Assembly (NCBI GenBank): GCA_020445605.1
Contig: JAGRGH010000054.1
Coordinates: 18,705 to 82,704, forward strand
Length of the DNA stretch: 64,000 bases
Direction: 5' to 3'
DNA from: Chromatiales bacterium
GTDB taxonomy: Bacteria > Pseudomonadota > Gammaproteobacteria > JAGRGH01
Program-made: the position numbers and the translations under genes
Notes under the pieces: generated by a model
What the model was told of the DNA's origin: nothing
The model's input: only the letters and a program-made list of their open reading frames with translations
Database searches by the model: none
Shown: piece after piece, positions 22,307 to 33,370 of the stretch
Layout of the letters: each line of letters begins with the position of its first letter
Position numbering within the stretch: the first letter of the stretch is position 1

Positions 22307-23297
22307 CGGGGGACGCCGGTTTGCGCTGATCGTGTTTGCGGCGCTGGCGCTCGCGGCCATCGTCGTACCGCTCGGTGCGTATGTGCGTCTGTCCGACGCG
22401 GGGCTGGGCTGTCCGGACTGGCCGGGCTGTTATGGACAGATTGGTGTTCCGGAAGCGGCCCATCACATCGAACAGGCGAATCTCGCCTATCCCGAACGCC
22501 CGGTCGAGGCCGCGAAGGCGTGGAAGGAAATGATCCATCGCTACTTCGCTGGGGCGCTGGGACTGCTGATCCTCGTCGCCGCGATCGTGGCGATCGTTCG
22601 GCGCCGGCTGCCGGATCAGCCGGTCGCACTGCCGGTGTTTCTGCTCCTGCTTGTCATCTTTCAGGCCGCGCTCGGCATGTGGACCGTGACCTGGCTGCTG
22701 AAACCGGCCGTTGTGACCGCCCACCTGATCGGCGGCATGGCGACACTCGGGCTGCTCGCGTGGCTGGCGCTGCGGGTCGGTCGCCCAGCGCGGTTGGAAG
22801 TGAGTGCCGGCACGCGCTGGCTGGCGCGCGCCGCACTGGTCGTTGTCATCGCGCAGATCACGCTCGGCGGCTGGGTCAGCACGAACTATGCGGCGATCAT
22901 CTGTGATGACTTCCCGACCTGTCAGGGCCGGTGGTGGCCGCCGATGGACTTCGCCGACGCCTTTCATATCTGGCGCGGGCTGGGGATCGACTACGAGGGC
23001 GGGGTGCTCGGCAACGACGCGCGCGTCGCCGTGCAGATGACCCACCGGATCGGCGCGCTCGTCACCCTGCTGTTCGCCGGACTCGCCGCGGTCGGCGCGC
23101 TGCGCGCACGCAGTGCCGCGGTGCGCGGTCTGGGCGTGCTGGTGGGAGTCGCGCTGGGCGCGCAGATTGCGCTTGGCATCGGCAACGTCCTGCTCGATCT
23201 GCCGCTCAGTGTCGCCGTCGCCCACAATGCCGTTGCAGCCGCGTTGCTGCTGTCGCTGATCTGGCTAAACTACGTCTATGTCCGCGCACCTGAGTGA
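22299..23297 (+). CDS. ctaA: Heme A synthase (COX15/CtaA)
   Basis: Multi-TM protein with conserved His-containing helices ([36 protein letters not shown]). Confidence 0.85.
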   Translation: MADGGRRFALIVFAALALAAIVVPLGAYVRLSDAGLGCPDWPGCYGQIGVPEAAHHIEQANLAYPERPVEAAKAWKEMIHRYFAGALGLLILVAAIVAIVRRRLPDQPVALPVFLLLLVIFQAALGMWTVTWLLKPAVVTAHLIGGMATLGLLAWLALRVGRPARLEVSAGTRWLARAALVVVIAQITLGGWVSTNYAAIICDDFPTCQGRWWPPMDFADAFHIWRGLGIDYEGGVLGNDARVAVQMTHRIGALVTLLFAGLAAVGALRARSAAVRGLGVLVGVALGAQIALGIGNVLLDLPLSVAVAHNAVAAALLLSLIWLNYVYVRAPE

Positions 23298-24171
23298 CAC
23301 CGGCGAAACGCCCCTGTGGCGCGAGTATCTGGAGCTGACCAAGCCCCGGGTCGTCGCGCTGCTCGTGTTCACGGCCCTGGTCGGGATGCTGCTGGCCGTT
23401 CCCGGCGCCGTGCCGTTTCGCGTGCTGTTCTACGGCAACCTGGGCATTGCGCTCGCCGCCGCCGGGGCCGCGGCGATCAACCATGTGGTCGACCGGCGGA
23501 TCGATGCCGTCATGGCGCGTACCCATGCTCGGCCGGTGCCGACCGGGCAGATCGAGTCGCGCGACGCCCTGATGTTTGCGTTCGGGCTGTCGGCCGCGTC
23601 GATGCTCGTGCTGGTGGTGTTCATCAACGTGCTGACCGCGGTGCTGACTTTCGTGTCGCTGATCGGCTACGCGGTCATCTACACGATGTACCTCAAGCAT
23701 GCGACGCCACAGAACATTGTGATCGGCGGTGCCGCGGGCGCCGCGCCGCCGCTGCTCGGCTGGACGGCAGCAACCGGCTCGGTCGATCCGGGCGCCCTGA
23801 TGCTGTTCCTGATCATCTTCATCTGGACGCCACCGCATTTCTGGGCGCTGGCCATCGCCCGGAAGGACGACTATGCGAACGCGCGCGTGCCGATGCTCCC
23901 CGTCACCCATGGTGACGCGTTCACCCGCACGCACGTGCTGCTCTATACGCTGCTGCTGCTGGCCGCGACCCTGCTGCCGTTTGCGACCGGCATGTCCGGC
24001 GGGTTCTATCTCGGCGGTGCGCTGGCGCTCAATGCCGGTTTCCTCTACTACGCCTGGAAGCTCAAGTTCGATTCCGATCCGAAACTGCCGATGCAGACCT
24101 TCGGCTACTCGATCATCTATCTCACGGCCCTTTTTGCATACCTGCTGATCGATCACTACTTGGCCCACTAG
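23278..24171 (+). CDS. cyoE: Protoheme IX farnesyltransferase (heme O synthase)
   Basis: [24 protein letters not shown]..., UbiA-family Asp-rich motifs ([19 protein letters not shown]). Start overlaps the ctaA 3' end. Confidence 0.9.
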   Translation: MSAHLSDTGETPLWREYLELTKPRVVALLVFTALVGMLLAVPGAVPFRVLFYGNLGIALAAAGAAAINHVVDRRIDAVMARTHARPVPTGQIESRDALMFAFGLSAASMLVLVVFINVLTAVLTFVSLIGYAVIYTMYLKHATPQNIVIGGAAGAAPPLLGWTAATGSVDPGALMLFLIIFIWTPPHFWALAIARKDDYANARVPMLPVTHGDAFTRTHVLLYTLLLLAATLLPFATGMSGGFYLGGALALNAGFLYYAWKLKFDSDPKLPMQTFGYSIIYLTALFAYLLIDHYLAH

Positions 24172-24565
24172 CCGGGACTTGATCCGTAGCCGAAGCTTTC
24201 GGCCGGGTCGCGCTTCGATCGATCCAATCAATATCGGGTGATCTGACGCGTCGGACGCTGGTCCGACGCCGGTCGTGGCGTGCCTGATCGATGGAATGCG
24301 CGACTGGCATTGGTGTTGAGTTGGTCGGACTCGGCGGACGCGCGGCGGCCCGCGGTAGGCTTTTGCGCGAGCTTGTTTGACGACGTTCTCGGACGGTTGA
24401 TCAGTCCCGCTGATATTTTTCGCCCATCGAAAAACAATGCCGCCGACGGGTCCATGGCGGTTTGCTGGATGCAAAGTGTGATTCCGGTTCCGGGCGTGCG
24501 CAACGCCTGGCGGGCGTGGCGAACGGCAAAGGCAATCAACCACTCGGTCATGGGGGCGGGCGACG

Positions 24566-26893
24566 ATGGATGTCAGTCAAGGGGGTTTGTGCGCGCTGGG
24601 CGCGCGGTTGGGGCGAGGCATTGGACGCATAATCGTCTGCTTCGGTGCGGTCGGGCTGTTCGCATCGGGACAGGTACTTGCCGCCTCCGGCGGGCTGCTG
24701 TCGCTGCAGATCCCCGGGATGGTGCCGGCATACGCCCCCGGCGTCACCAGCTACACCATTCCGGACGACGGAACATGCTCGATCCCCGTCACGGCCACGC
24801 TGAACGATCTCTCGCTCAGTCTTTACGTGCAGAGCAATCCGACGGTGAGCGGCGCGACCGCCAACGCGTGGGTCTGCGGGAGCCACAGCACGCTGTCGGT
24901 CGTTGTCTACAGGAACTGGAGCGAGGTCGAGCGTCTCAGCATCACCAAGGGTGATACCGCGTCGCTGCCGGTAACGCCACCCCCCGAACCAACGCCGCCG
25001 GACGAGCCGGAGGAGACCGCCGCGGGCAGCGGTGGCGCACTGGCTTCCCTTGTCGTTGCCGGCCTGAGCCCGGCATTCTCCGGCGCGACGCACCACTACA
25101 CGATGCCGGACCCTCCGAGCTGTTCGGTGCAGGTCAAGGCGACGCTCGCCAATCCGCAGCATCAACTCCAGGTGCAGGGCAATCCCACCACGAGCGGCAG
25201 CACCGTCAGCGCATGGGTCTGCGACGGCCACCCCAAACTGAGCATCGTCGTCTACTCGAACTGGACCGAGGTCGGCCGTTACACGGTGTACAAGGCGTCC
25301 GAAGGTCTGCCGCCCGATCTGCCGGTCGACGATGGCGGTGGCACTCCATCACCCGGCGGCTCCGAACCCACGATTGGCGACGGTGGCGCAGACAGCGGCA
25401 GCGGTGGCGGTGATGCCGGCGGTTCGCCCGGCAGCGACTATGAGCCCAGCCCGACCGGGTATGCCGAGGCGGCGCGGATGCTGTCATACGCAAGCTTCGG
25501 GCCCGACCCCGAATCACTCAATGATTTTGTCGATCTGGGTGCAGACGCGTGGCTGGATGCGCAGTTCGCCATGCCGGCGAGCCTGATCCCGAACACCGGT
25601 GACATGAACGGCTTGCGCGCGCAGGTCTTCGCGAACATGGCGACCGGTGAGGGTCAGCTGCGCCAGCGCGTGATCTTCGCGCTGGGGCAGATTCTCGTCG
25701 TGTCCGCTAACAAGAACGTCAACGCCTACGAGATGGCGCCATGGGTGCAGTTGCTGTCGGACAACGCCTTCGGGAACTACCGAACCCTGCTGCGTCAGGT
25801 GTCGATCAGCCCATCAATGGGCAAGTACCTTGATCACGCCAACAGCCGCAAGGCCTCGGCCACGACGGCGCCAAACGAGAACTACCCGCGCGAGCTCATG
25901 CAGCTGTTCAGCATCGGGCTGTGGCAGCTGAAGCAGGACGGCAGCCAGGAGCTGGACGGCACAGATCAGCCGATCCCGACCTATACCCAGAACGAGCTGC
26001 GCGAAGTCGCCCGGGCCCTGACCGGATGGACCTATCCGACCGCACCGGGGGCGCAGCCGGGCAATACCAACTGGGAGTATTTCGTCGGTGATATGGAACC
26101 GCGGGTCGCCAATCATGACGCGGGGGCCAAGACCCTGCCGGGCGGCTACGTGATTCCCGCCGGGCAGACGCCGGATCAGGATCTCGACAGTGTCCTCGAC
26201 TTTCTGTTCCATCATCAGAACGTCGCGCCGTTCGTCGCCACGCGCCTGATCCGCCTGCTGGTTACGAGCAACCCCTCGCCGGAGTACATCGCGCGCGTCG
26301 CGGATGCGTTCGATGACAACGGAACTGGCGTGCGCGGAGATCTGAAGGCGGTTATTCGCGCGGTGCTGACCGACGTCGAGGCCACCGATGCGGAGGTTGC
26401 CGGACGTGCGCGACTCAAGGACCCGATCGTGTACTTCATCGGTCTGGCTCGGGCACTGTCCGCGACCTTCAATGATCCATCCGGCTATCAGTACGTCTTC
26501 GCGAATCTGTCCGAGCATCTGCTGACGCCGCCGTCGGTTTTCAGCTTCTACTCACTGATGGCGACGTTGCCCGGTGATGCCCAGCAGTTTGGCCCGGAGT
26601 TCCAGATCTATCCGCCCTCGCTTGCGATTCAGCGCGCGAACCTGGTCTATCAACTGCTGACCAATCAGTTCGGCTCCGCGCTGCAAGTAGACCTTTCACC
26701 CTATCTCGCCCTGGGCGGGAACGTGTCGGATCTGCTCGACAAGATCAACGCGGATCTGTTGCAGGGCCGGATGTCGACCGAGTTGCGGACCATCATCGAG
26801 ACGGCGACGAACGCCGCATACGACGACACCCAGCGCGTGATCGGCGCGCTCTATCTGACGGCCGTTTCCGGCGAATATCAGGTGCAGCAATGA
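24566..26893 (+). CDS. Secreted protein: signal peptide, two tandem cadherin-like beta-sandwich domains, Gly/Ser/Asp-rich linker, C-terminal DUF1800 domain
   Basis: Two ~100-aa repeats, LLSLQIPGMVPAYAPGVTSYTIP...VTATL... and LASLVVAGLSPAFSGATHHYTMP...VKATL... (the L.sL.vs.G.LsPaF....YtV signature of the Pfam cadherin-like domain). C-terminal 470 aa with DUF1800 hallmarks (MAPWVQLLSDNAFGNYRTLLRQVSISPSMGKYLDHANSRK...LMQLFSIGL...TGWTY). Confidence 0.75.
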   Translation: MDVSQGGLCALGARLGRGIGRIIVCFGAVGLFASGQVLAASGGLLSLQIPGMVPAYAPGVTSYTIPDDGTCSIPVTATLNDLSLSLYVQSNPTVSGATANAWVCGSHSTLSVVVYRNWSEVERLSITKGDTASLPVTPPPEPTPPDEPEETAAGSGGALASLVVAGLSPAFSGATHHYTMPDPPSCSVQVKATLANPQHQLQVQGNPTTSGSTVSAWVCDGHPKLSIVVYSNWTEVGRYTVYKASEGLPPDLPVDDGGGTPSPGGSEPTIGDGGADSGSGGGDAGGSPGSDYEPSPTGYAEAARMLSYASFGPDPESLNDFVDLGADAWLDAQFAMPASLIPNTGDMNGLRAQVFANMATGEGQLRQRVIFALGQILVVSANKNVNAYEMAPWVQLLSDNAFGNYRTLLRQVSISPSMGKYLDHANSRKASATTAPNENYPRELMQLFSIGLWQLKQDGSQELDGTDQPIPTYTQNELREVARALTGWTYPTAPGAQPGNTNWEYFVGDMEPRVANHDAGAKTLPGGYVIPAGQTPDQDLDSVLDFLFHHQNVAPFVATRLIRLLVTSNPSPEYIARVADAFDDNGTGVRGDLKAVIRAVLTDVEATDAEVAGRARLKDPIVYFIGLARALSATFNDPSGYQYVFANLSEHLLTPPSVFSFYSLMATLPGDAQQFGPEFQIYPPSLAIQRANLVYQLLTNQFGSALQVDLSPYLALGGNVSDLLDKINADLLQGRMSTELRTIIETATNAAYDDTQRVIGALYLTAVSGEYQVQQ

Positions 26894-26916
26894 GCGGTCA
26901 AGGGAGGAAGTCAGCC

Positions 26917-28263
26917 ATGCGCAAGACCAATCGCTCACGTCGGATGTTCCTGTCCCGCTGCGCGGGTCTCGGCGCCGCCGCGGCGGGATTCGGATGGGGT
27001 GGGTTTCCGCGCGCGGCCCGCGCCGCCGTGAGTGACTACAAGGCACTCGTGTGCGTGCAGCTGCTCGGCGGCAATGACGGCAACAACGTCATCGTGCCGG
27101 TGGACTCCGGTCGATACAGTGCGTATCAGGCGATGCGCGGCGGATTGACGCTGTCGGGCAGCGAGTTGCTCGATCCGATTGCCGACGCGCTCGGCAATCC
27201 ATATGCGCTGCACTACGGGCTGACCGAAATCCACGATCTCTACGAGAGCGGCCGCGTGGCGTTTGTCCTGAATACCGGAATGCTGCACGGGCCGCTGACG
27301 CGCGCCCAGTATCTCGCGGGACAGAATTCGCCAAGCAACCTGTTCTCGCACTCCGATCAGACCGTGCAGATCCAGACCGGCACGCCGGTCCCCGACGGCA
27401 GGGGCTGGGGCGGTAGGCTGCTGGACCTGTTTGCGGTCGGCGACAGTCTCGCGGCGGTCTCGGTCTCCTCGCCCAGCCTGCTGTTGCAGGGGGCCAATAT
27501 CGCCCCGAACATCGTGCCGCCCGGTTCGGACCTTGGCATCTGGGGCATGGGCTTGTGGCCGCAGTCCGCGGCCGCGGCACGACGCAGCGCGCTCGAACAG
27601 ATCGCCTCGATGGGCTCGTCTGACCCCATCGTGGCGCGCGCGAACGCAACGCTGGCAGACGGCGTTGCGCTTTCCGATACCCTGACCTCAGGCGCTGCGC
27701 TGCCGGCCCTGTCGACGGACTTGCCGGCAACGTCGATCGGTAATCAGCTGAAGGAGGTTCTGCGGCTGATCCGCTCGCGCTCGGCGGCCGGGCCGGGCCG
27801 CCAAGTGTTCTACTGTACCTTGGAAGGTTTCGATACCCATGGCGGGCAGGACTGGCAGCACTGGTCGCTGCTTTCGCAGCTGTCACAGGCGGTTGCGGCC
27901 TTCCATGAATCAACGGTGGAGGCGGGGCTGTCCGACCAGGTCGTACTGTTTACGCAATCGGAGTTCGGTCGCACCCTGCAGCCCAGCGGATCGGGCTGTG
28001 ATCACGGCTGGGGCAGCCATCATTTCGTGGTCGGTGATGCGGTACAGGGCGGAATCTACGGCCAGATGCCGACCTTCGCGCTGGGTGGCCCGGACGATGC
28101 CAACAACCGCGGCGTATGGATACCGACGATCGGCACCGCGCAGTACGGTGCGACGCTGGGCCGCTGGTTCGGCGCCAGCGATCTGGCTCTGGAATCGGTG
28201 TTTCCGAATCTGTCAGCGTTCCATGCCAGCACCTACGGTACTGATGTCGGATTCATGGGATAG
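26917..28263 (+). CDS. DUF1501 domain protein with Tat signal peptide (sulfatase/alkaline-phosphatase-like fold), partner of the DUF1800 protein
   Basis: SRRMFLSRCAGLGAAAAGF (twin-arginine motif); DUF1501 core (ALVCVQLLGGNDGNN...TLEGFDTHGGQ...GCDHGWGSHHFVVG). RBS GGGAGGA before the ATG at 26917. Confidence 0.8.
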   Translation: MRKTNRSRRMFLSRCAGLGAAAAGFGWGGFPRAARAAVSDYKALVCVQLLGGNDGNNVIVPVDSGRYSAYQAMRGGLTLSGSELLDPIADALGNPYALHYGLTEIHDLYESGRVAFVLNTGMLHGPLTRAQYLAGQNSPSNLFSHSDQTVQIQTGTPVPDGRGWGGRLLDLFAVGDSLAAVSVSSPSLLLQGANIAPNIVPPGSDLGIWGMGLWPQSAAAARRSALEQIASMGSSDPIVARANATLADGVALSDTLTSGAALPALSTDLPATSIGNQLKEVLRLIRSRSAAGPGRQVFYCTLEGFDTHGGQDWQHWSLLSQLSQAVAAFHESTVEAGLSDQVVLFTQSEFGRTLQPSGSGCDHGWGSHHFVVGDAVQGGIYGQMPTFALGGPDDANNRGVWIPTIGTAQYGATLGRWFGASDLALESVFPNLSAFHASTYGTDVGFMG

Positions 28264-28301
28264 GAGAGGCCGGCGAACGCGTGCGGGGATTGCCGAAAAG
28301 A

Positions 28302-28321
28302 AAGGGGCCTGCCGGCCCCTT
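28302..28321. terminator. Bidirectional intrinsic terminator between the DUF1501 gene and rpoH
   Basis: aaggggcc-tgcc-ggcccctt is a perfect 8-bp GC-rich stem, with T-rich flanks on both strands (cttgtt on +, tcttttcgg on -). Confidence 0.55.
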
Positions 28322-28347
28322 CTTGTTGAGGTCTGATTCCGGTTCGA

Positions 28348-29205
<858 letters not shown>

Positions 29206-29303
29206 TTGGTTGACCCCTCGTGGATTAGCACTCGGTCAGTTGGAGTGCCAAAGCGTATAAGAGTTCAACGATATTCTCAACTGCCACGGTCGGAAATTTC
29301 GGC

Positions 29304-30254
29304 TCAGGCCGGCTGGATGCGCCGCAGATGCCGGGCGACCGACAGCCAGGCCCCGCCCAGTCCCAGTGCCACGCCGACGCCGAGTACCGCGGCCGTGGTC
29401 TGGAGCCCCGGAAAGCCGACTGTGACACTGCCCTCGTACAGGGTCGCCAGACGTTGCACCGGGCCGGCCAGGGCCAGCAATGCGGCGCTGCACAAAATCC
29501 AGCCGAGCAGGGCACCGAGCAGGCCGTACCAGAGCCCGGCGTAGAGAAACGGCCGGCGAATGAACGCATCGTCCGCGCCGATGAGCTTTTCGACCTCGAT
29601 TTCCCGCCGGCGGTGCTGGATCTCCAGCCGGATGGTGTTGCCGACGATCATCACCACGGCCAACGCCAGCAGCACCCCGATCACGATGGCCCCGCGCCGT
29701 CCGGCGGCGAGCAGGGCGTCGGCGCGCTCGATCCAGCCACGATCGAGGCTCAGCGCGTCCACCCGCGCGTCGGTCCGCAGGGTCGCCGCGAGCGCGGGGG
29801 CGTCGACACTGGCCGGCAGGGTCAGCAGGATCGTCGCCGGCAGCGGCGAAACCTCGAGCAGGTCGAGCGCATCGCCGAGCCCGCTGTACTCGCGGAACTC
29901 GGCGGTTGCCGCCGCCTTGTCGACGTAGTGCGCGGAACTGATTTCCGGGCGCGTGGCCAGTTCCGTGGCGAGTGCCTGGCCGGCGGTGTCGTCGACGGCC
30001 GCGGCCAAAAACAGCGAGATATCCGCCTCCGTATAGGCCTTCGCGGTGACGGCCTGCGCGCCGCTGGCGAGTTCCACCAGCGCGGCCGGCAGAGCCAGCG
30101 CGACGGCAATCACCCCCATCGTCAACACGCTGGCGAGTGGCGCGCGCAGCAGCCGGCCGAGGCTCGAGACCGCCGCCTCGCCATGCCGTGTGGCCCAAGC
30201 GCTGATGCGCCAGCCGCGGGATCGCGCGCGGCGCGCGCCCGTTCGCGGGCTCAT
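29304..30254 (-). CDS. ftsX: Cell-division ABC transporter permease FtsX
   Basis: 4-TM FtsX architecture (LGRLLRAPLASVLTMGVIAVALALPAAL...). The tracked 506-aa ORF is over-extended; the real ATG at 30254 overlaps the ftsE stop (ATGA). Confidence 0.9.
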   Translation of the reverse strand: MSPRTGARRARSRGWRISAWATRHGEAAVSSLGRLLRAPLASVLTMGVIAVALALPAALVELASGAQAVTAKAYTEADISLFLAAAVDDTAGQALATELATRPEISSAHYVDKAAATAEFREYSGLGDALDLLEVSPLPATILLTLPASVDAPALAATLRTDARVDALSLDRGWIERADALLAAGRRGAIVIGVLLALAVVMIVGNTIRLEIQHRRREIEVEKLIGADDAFIRRPFLYAGLWYGLLGALLGWILCSAALLALAGPVQRLATLYEGSVTVGFPGLQTTAAVLGVGVALGLGGAWLSVARHLRRIQPA

Positions 30255-30913
30255 CCGGAGTCCCCGACCAGCCGTCCGCCGCGCAGCGTCAGGCGCCGAT
30301 GCCCCATGCGCTCGACCAGCGCCAGATCGTGGGTCGCGATCAGCACCGTCACGCCGACGTGGTTGAACAGTTCGAACAGCCGCATGATCTCGGCGGAGAG
30401 TTCCGGGTCCAGGTTTCCGGTGGGCTCGTCGGCGAGCACCAGCGCCGGACGATGCACGATTGCTCGTGCGATGCCGACGCGCTGCTGTTCGCCGCCGGAC
30501 AGCTCGATCGGGAAGCGTTCGCGGTGGCTCAGCAGGCCGACCTTGTCGAGCGCCGCATGCGTGCGTTTGAGAATGTCGCGATGCGCAATGCCGCGTACCA
30601 CGAGCGGCAGCGCGACGTTGTCGAACACTGTGCGGTCGAACAGCAGGTGATGGTCCTGAAACACGATGCCGAGCTGCCGGCGGTGGTCGGCGATGCGCCG
30701 GTAGGGCGTGCGGTTCAGGTGCCGGCCGTTGACATGCAGCTGACCACGGGTCGGGCGTTCGATCAACGCCAACAGTTTCAGCAGGGTGCTCTTGCCGGCG
30801 CCGGAGTGCCCGGTCAGAAAACACATCTCGCCGGGATCGACATGCAGGTCAATGTCGACCAGCGCGTCGTGCGGGCCCGGGTAGCGTTTGGAAACGCCCT
30901 CGAAGTGGATCAC
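30251..30913 (-). CDS. ftsE: Cell-division ABC transporter ATP-binding protein FtsE
   Basis: Walker A GHSGAGKST, ABC signature LSGGEQQRV, Walker B LVLADEPTGNLD; 220 aa. Confidence 0.95.
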   Translation of the reverse strand: MIHFEGVSKRYPGPHDALVDIDLHVDPGEMCFLTGHSGAGKSTLLKLLALIERPTRGQLHVNGRHLNRTPYRRIADHRRQLGIVFQDHHLLFDRTVFDNVALPLVVRGIAHRDILKRTHAALDKVGLLSHRERFPIELSGGEQQRVGIARAIVHRPALVLADEPTGNLDPELSAEIMRLFELFNHVGVTVLIATHDLALVERMGHRRLTLRGGRLVGDSG

Positions 30914-30921
30914 GGGCGGCG

Positions 30922-31911
30922 CTAGCGTCCCAGCAGTGCGTCGACAAACGCCGCGGCGTCGAAGTCGCGCAGGTCGTCCTCGCCCTCGCCGACACCGATC
31001 AGGCGGATCGGCAGCCCGAGTCGCCCGGCGATCGCGAACGCCACACCGCCGCGCGCCGTGCCGTCGAGCTTGGTCAGCGCAAGGCCCGTGACGCCGACCG
31101 CCGCGCGGAACTGCTCGGCCTGGGCGATGGCGTTCTGTCCGGTGCCGGCGTCGATGACCAGCAGCACCTCGTGGGGTGCCTCCGGGTCGAGCTTGGTGAG
31201 CACGCGCCGGACCTTCTTGAGTTCGTCGATGAGGTTCGACTGGGTGTGCAGCCGTCCGGCCGTGTCGGCGATCAGCACGTCGACGTCACGCGCCCGGGCG
31301 CGCTCCAGGGCGTCGTAGATCACCGCAGCCGAGTCCGCACCGTGTGCCTGCGCGACGACCGCGGCGCCGACACGCTCGCCCCAGCGTTGCAGCTGGTCGA
31401 TCGCGGCGGCGCGGAAGGTGTCACCGGCGGCGAGCAGTACCGAGTGACCCGCGTGCCGGAAACGCGCGGCGAGCTTGCCGATCGTGGTGGTCTTGCCGGC
31501 GCCGTTCACGCCGACGGTCAGAATCACATAGGGGCGTCGGGCCGGGTCGATTTCCAGAGGCGCGCTGACCGGTTCAAGCAACTCGATCATCGCCTCGCGC
31601 AGCGCATTCCATAGCTGTTCGGGTTCGCCCGGGCGTTGCCGCGCGACGCGTGCCTTCAGCGTCCCGATGATGCGTTCGCTGGCCTCGACGCCGACATCGG
31701 CGCCGAGCAGCACGGTTTCGATCTCGTCGAGCAACGCCGCGTCGAGTTCGCGTCGACCCGCGAACAGCGCCGCGAGCCCGTCGCCGAGCCGCGCGCGGGT
31801 CTTGCCGAGGCCGGTGCGCAGCCGCGCAAACCAGCCGCGCGGCGCATCTTCGGGAACCGATGCGCTGTCCGCCGGGTCAGAAACCGGCGTCTTTTTGCCA
31901 AATCCAAACAT
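30922..31911 (-). CDS. ftsY: Signal recognition particle receptor FtsY
   Basis: SRP GTPase NG domain: GVNGAGKTTTIGKLA, DTFRAAA, IADTAGR, LTKLDGTA. Confidence 0.95.
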   Translation of the reverse strand: MFGFGKKTPVSDPADSASVPEDAPRGWFARLRTGLGKTRARLGDGLAALFAGRRELDAALLDEIETVLLGADVGVEASERIIGTLKARVARQRPGEPEQLWNALREAMIELLEPVSAPLEIDPARRPYVILTVGVNGAGKTTTIGKLAARFRHAGHSVLLAAGDTFRAAAIDQLQRWGERVGAAVVAQAHGADSAAVIYDALERARARDVDVLIADTAGRLHTQSNLIDELKKVRRVLTKLDPEAPHEVLLVIDAGTGQNAIAQAEQFRAAVGVTGLALTKLDGTARGGVAFAIAGRLGLPIRLIGVGEGEDDLRDFDAAAFVDALLGR

Positions 31912-31984
31912 GCTATAGCATGGCCGTTCAGGGTACGGCGCATCCTAGCACCTCCCAATTGCAATCACGGTAAGGAACTTCCCG

Positions 31985-33370
31985 ATGCGATCAACTGACT
32001 CGGGCGCGCTGGCGCTCGTGGCCGCCGTCACGCTGGGCTGCGGGGTCACCGCACATGCCCGCACCAGTGAATTCATGCTCGACAACGGAATGAAGGTCGT
32101 TGTCGTCGAAGACCACCGGGCGCCCGTTGCGACCGCGCAGGTCTGGTACCGCGTGGGTTCCTCCTACGAAATCGATGGCGTGACCGGCGTGTCGCACGCG
32201 CTCGAGCACATGATGTTCAAGGGCACCGAGTCGGTTCCGCCCGGCGAGTTCTCGCGCATCATCTCGGAGAACGGCGGCACCGAGAACGCGTTCACGAGCC
32301 GTGACTACACGGCCTATTTTCAGACGCTTTCGGCCGATCGCCTGGAAACCGCGTTCCGGCTCGAATCCGACCGCATGCGCAACCTGACCCTGCCGCCGGA
32401 GGAGTTCGCCAAGGAACTCGAAGTCGTCAAGGAAGAGCGGCGCCTGCGCACCGAGGACCGGCCCACGTCGCTGACCTATGAACGCTTCAACGCCGTGGCG
32501 TTTCTCTCCAGCCCGTACCGCACGCCGGTGATCGGCTGGATGGACGACCTCGATCACATGACGGTCGATGATCTGCGCGACTGGTACGCGCGCTGGTACG
32601 CACCGAACAACGCCACACTCGTGGTCGCCGGGGATGTCGACCCGCAGGAAATTCTCGCGCTCGCGCGCAATTACTACGGGGTGCTGCCGCGCGCTGAGAT
32701 TACGCCGCCCAAGCCGCGCGCGGAGATTGCCCAGGCGGGCGAACGGCGGGTCGTCGTCAAGGCGCCGGCCAAGCTGCCGTACCTGCTCATGGGCTACAAG
32801 GCGCCGATTCTGGGAACGGCGGAAGCCGACTGGGAGCCGTACGCCCTGATGGTCGCCGCCGAGGTGCTCGGTGGCACTTCGGGTTCGCGGCTACAGCGTG
32901 ATCTCGTGCGCGGGCGCGAGATCGCGGCCTCCGTGGATGCCGATTACGACTACATGGATCGCCTGCCGGGGCTGTTCCTGCTCGACGGCGTACCGGCGCC
33001 CGGCAGCGATGTCGCCATCCTCGAAGCCGCCCTGCGCGAGCAGGTGCGTCAGCTGCGCGACGAACCGGTCACCCGGGACGAACTGGATCGCGTCGTTGCC
33101 CGCGCCGTGGCCGCGAACATCTTCGAACGCGACTCGGTGTTCTATCAGGCCATGCGCGTGGGTTCGGCCGATGTCGTCGGTGTGGACTGGCGCGTGCTCG
33201 ATGAGCTCCCGGACCGGCTGCGCGCGGTGACCCCCGAGCAGGTGCAGGCCGTCGCGCGCAAGTATCTGGTCGATGATCGGCTGACCGTCGGCGTGCTAGA
33301 CCCGCTACCGATCGATGCCGCCCAGACGCGCAAGCCGCTGAACCTGAAGGGGGCGCGCAATGATGTTTGA
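31985..33370 (+). CDS. M16-family zinc peptidase (active, HxxEH)
   Basis: HALEHMMFKGTE inverted zinc-binding motif with downstream E; signal peptide. Divergent from ftsY, as at the Pseudomonas PA0371/0372 locus. Confidence 0.85.
   Translation: MRSTDSGALALVAAVTLGCGVTAHARTSEFMLDNGMKVVVVEDHRAPVATAQVWYRVGSSYEIDGVTGVSHALEHMMFKGTESVPPGEFSRIISENGGTENAFTSRDYTAYFQTLSADRLETAFRLESDRMRNLTLPPEEFAKELEVVKEERRLRTEDRPTSLTYERFNAVAFLSSPYRTPVIGWMDDLDHMTVDDLRDWYARWYAPNNATLVVAGDVDPQEILALARNYYGVLPRAEITPPKPRAEIAQAGERRVVVKAPAKLPYLLMGYKAPILGTAEADWEPYALMVAAEVLGGTSGSRLQRDLVRGREIAASVDADYDYMDRLPGLFLLDGVPAPGSDVAILEAALREQVRQLRDEPVTRDELDRVVARAVAANIFERDSVFYQAMRVGSADVVGVDWRVLDELPDRLRAVTPEQVQAVARKYLVDDRLTVGVLDPLPIDAAQTRKPLNLKGARNDV

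Noticed and set aside
24172-24565. Small ORFs / senC remnant in the 394-bp ctaB-DUF1800 spacer
   Set aside because: Only short, non-conserved-looking frames are present (e.g. a 29-codon MECATGIGVEL...). There is no CxxxC thioredoxin-like remnant; it is treated as promoter or spacer.
29206-29303. Sigma-E / sigma-70 promoters for rpoH in the rpoH-ftsX spacer
   Set aside because: A GAACTC-N16-TCCAAC element loosely resembling the rpoH P3 (sigma-E) promoter is present on the minus strand. The -10 match is too weak to call without experimental or comparative support.
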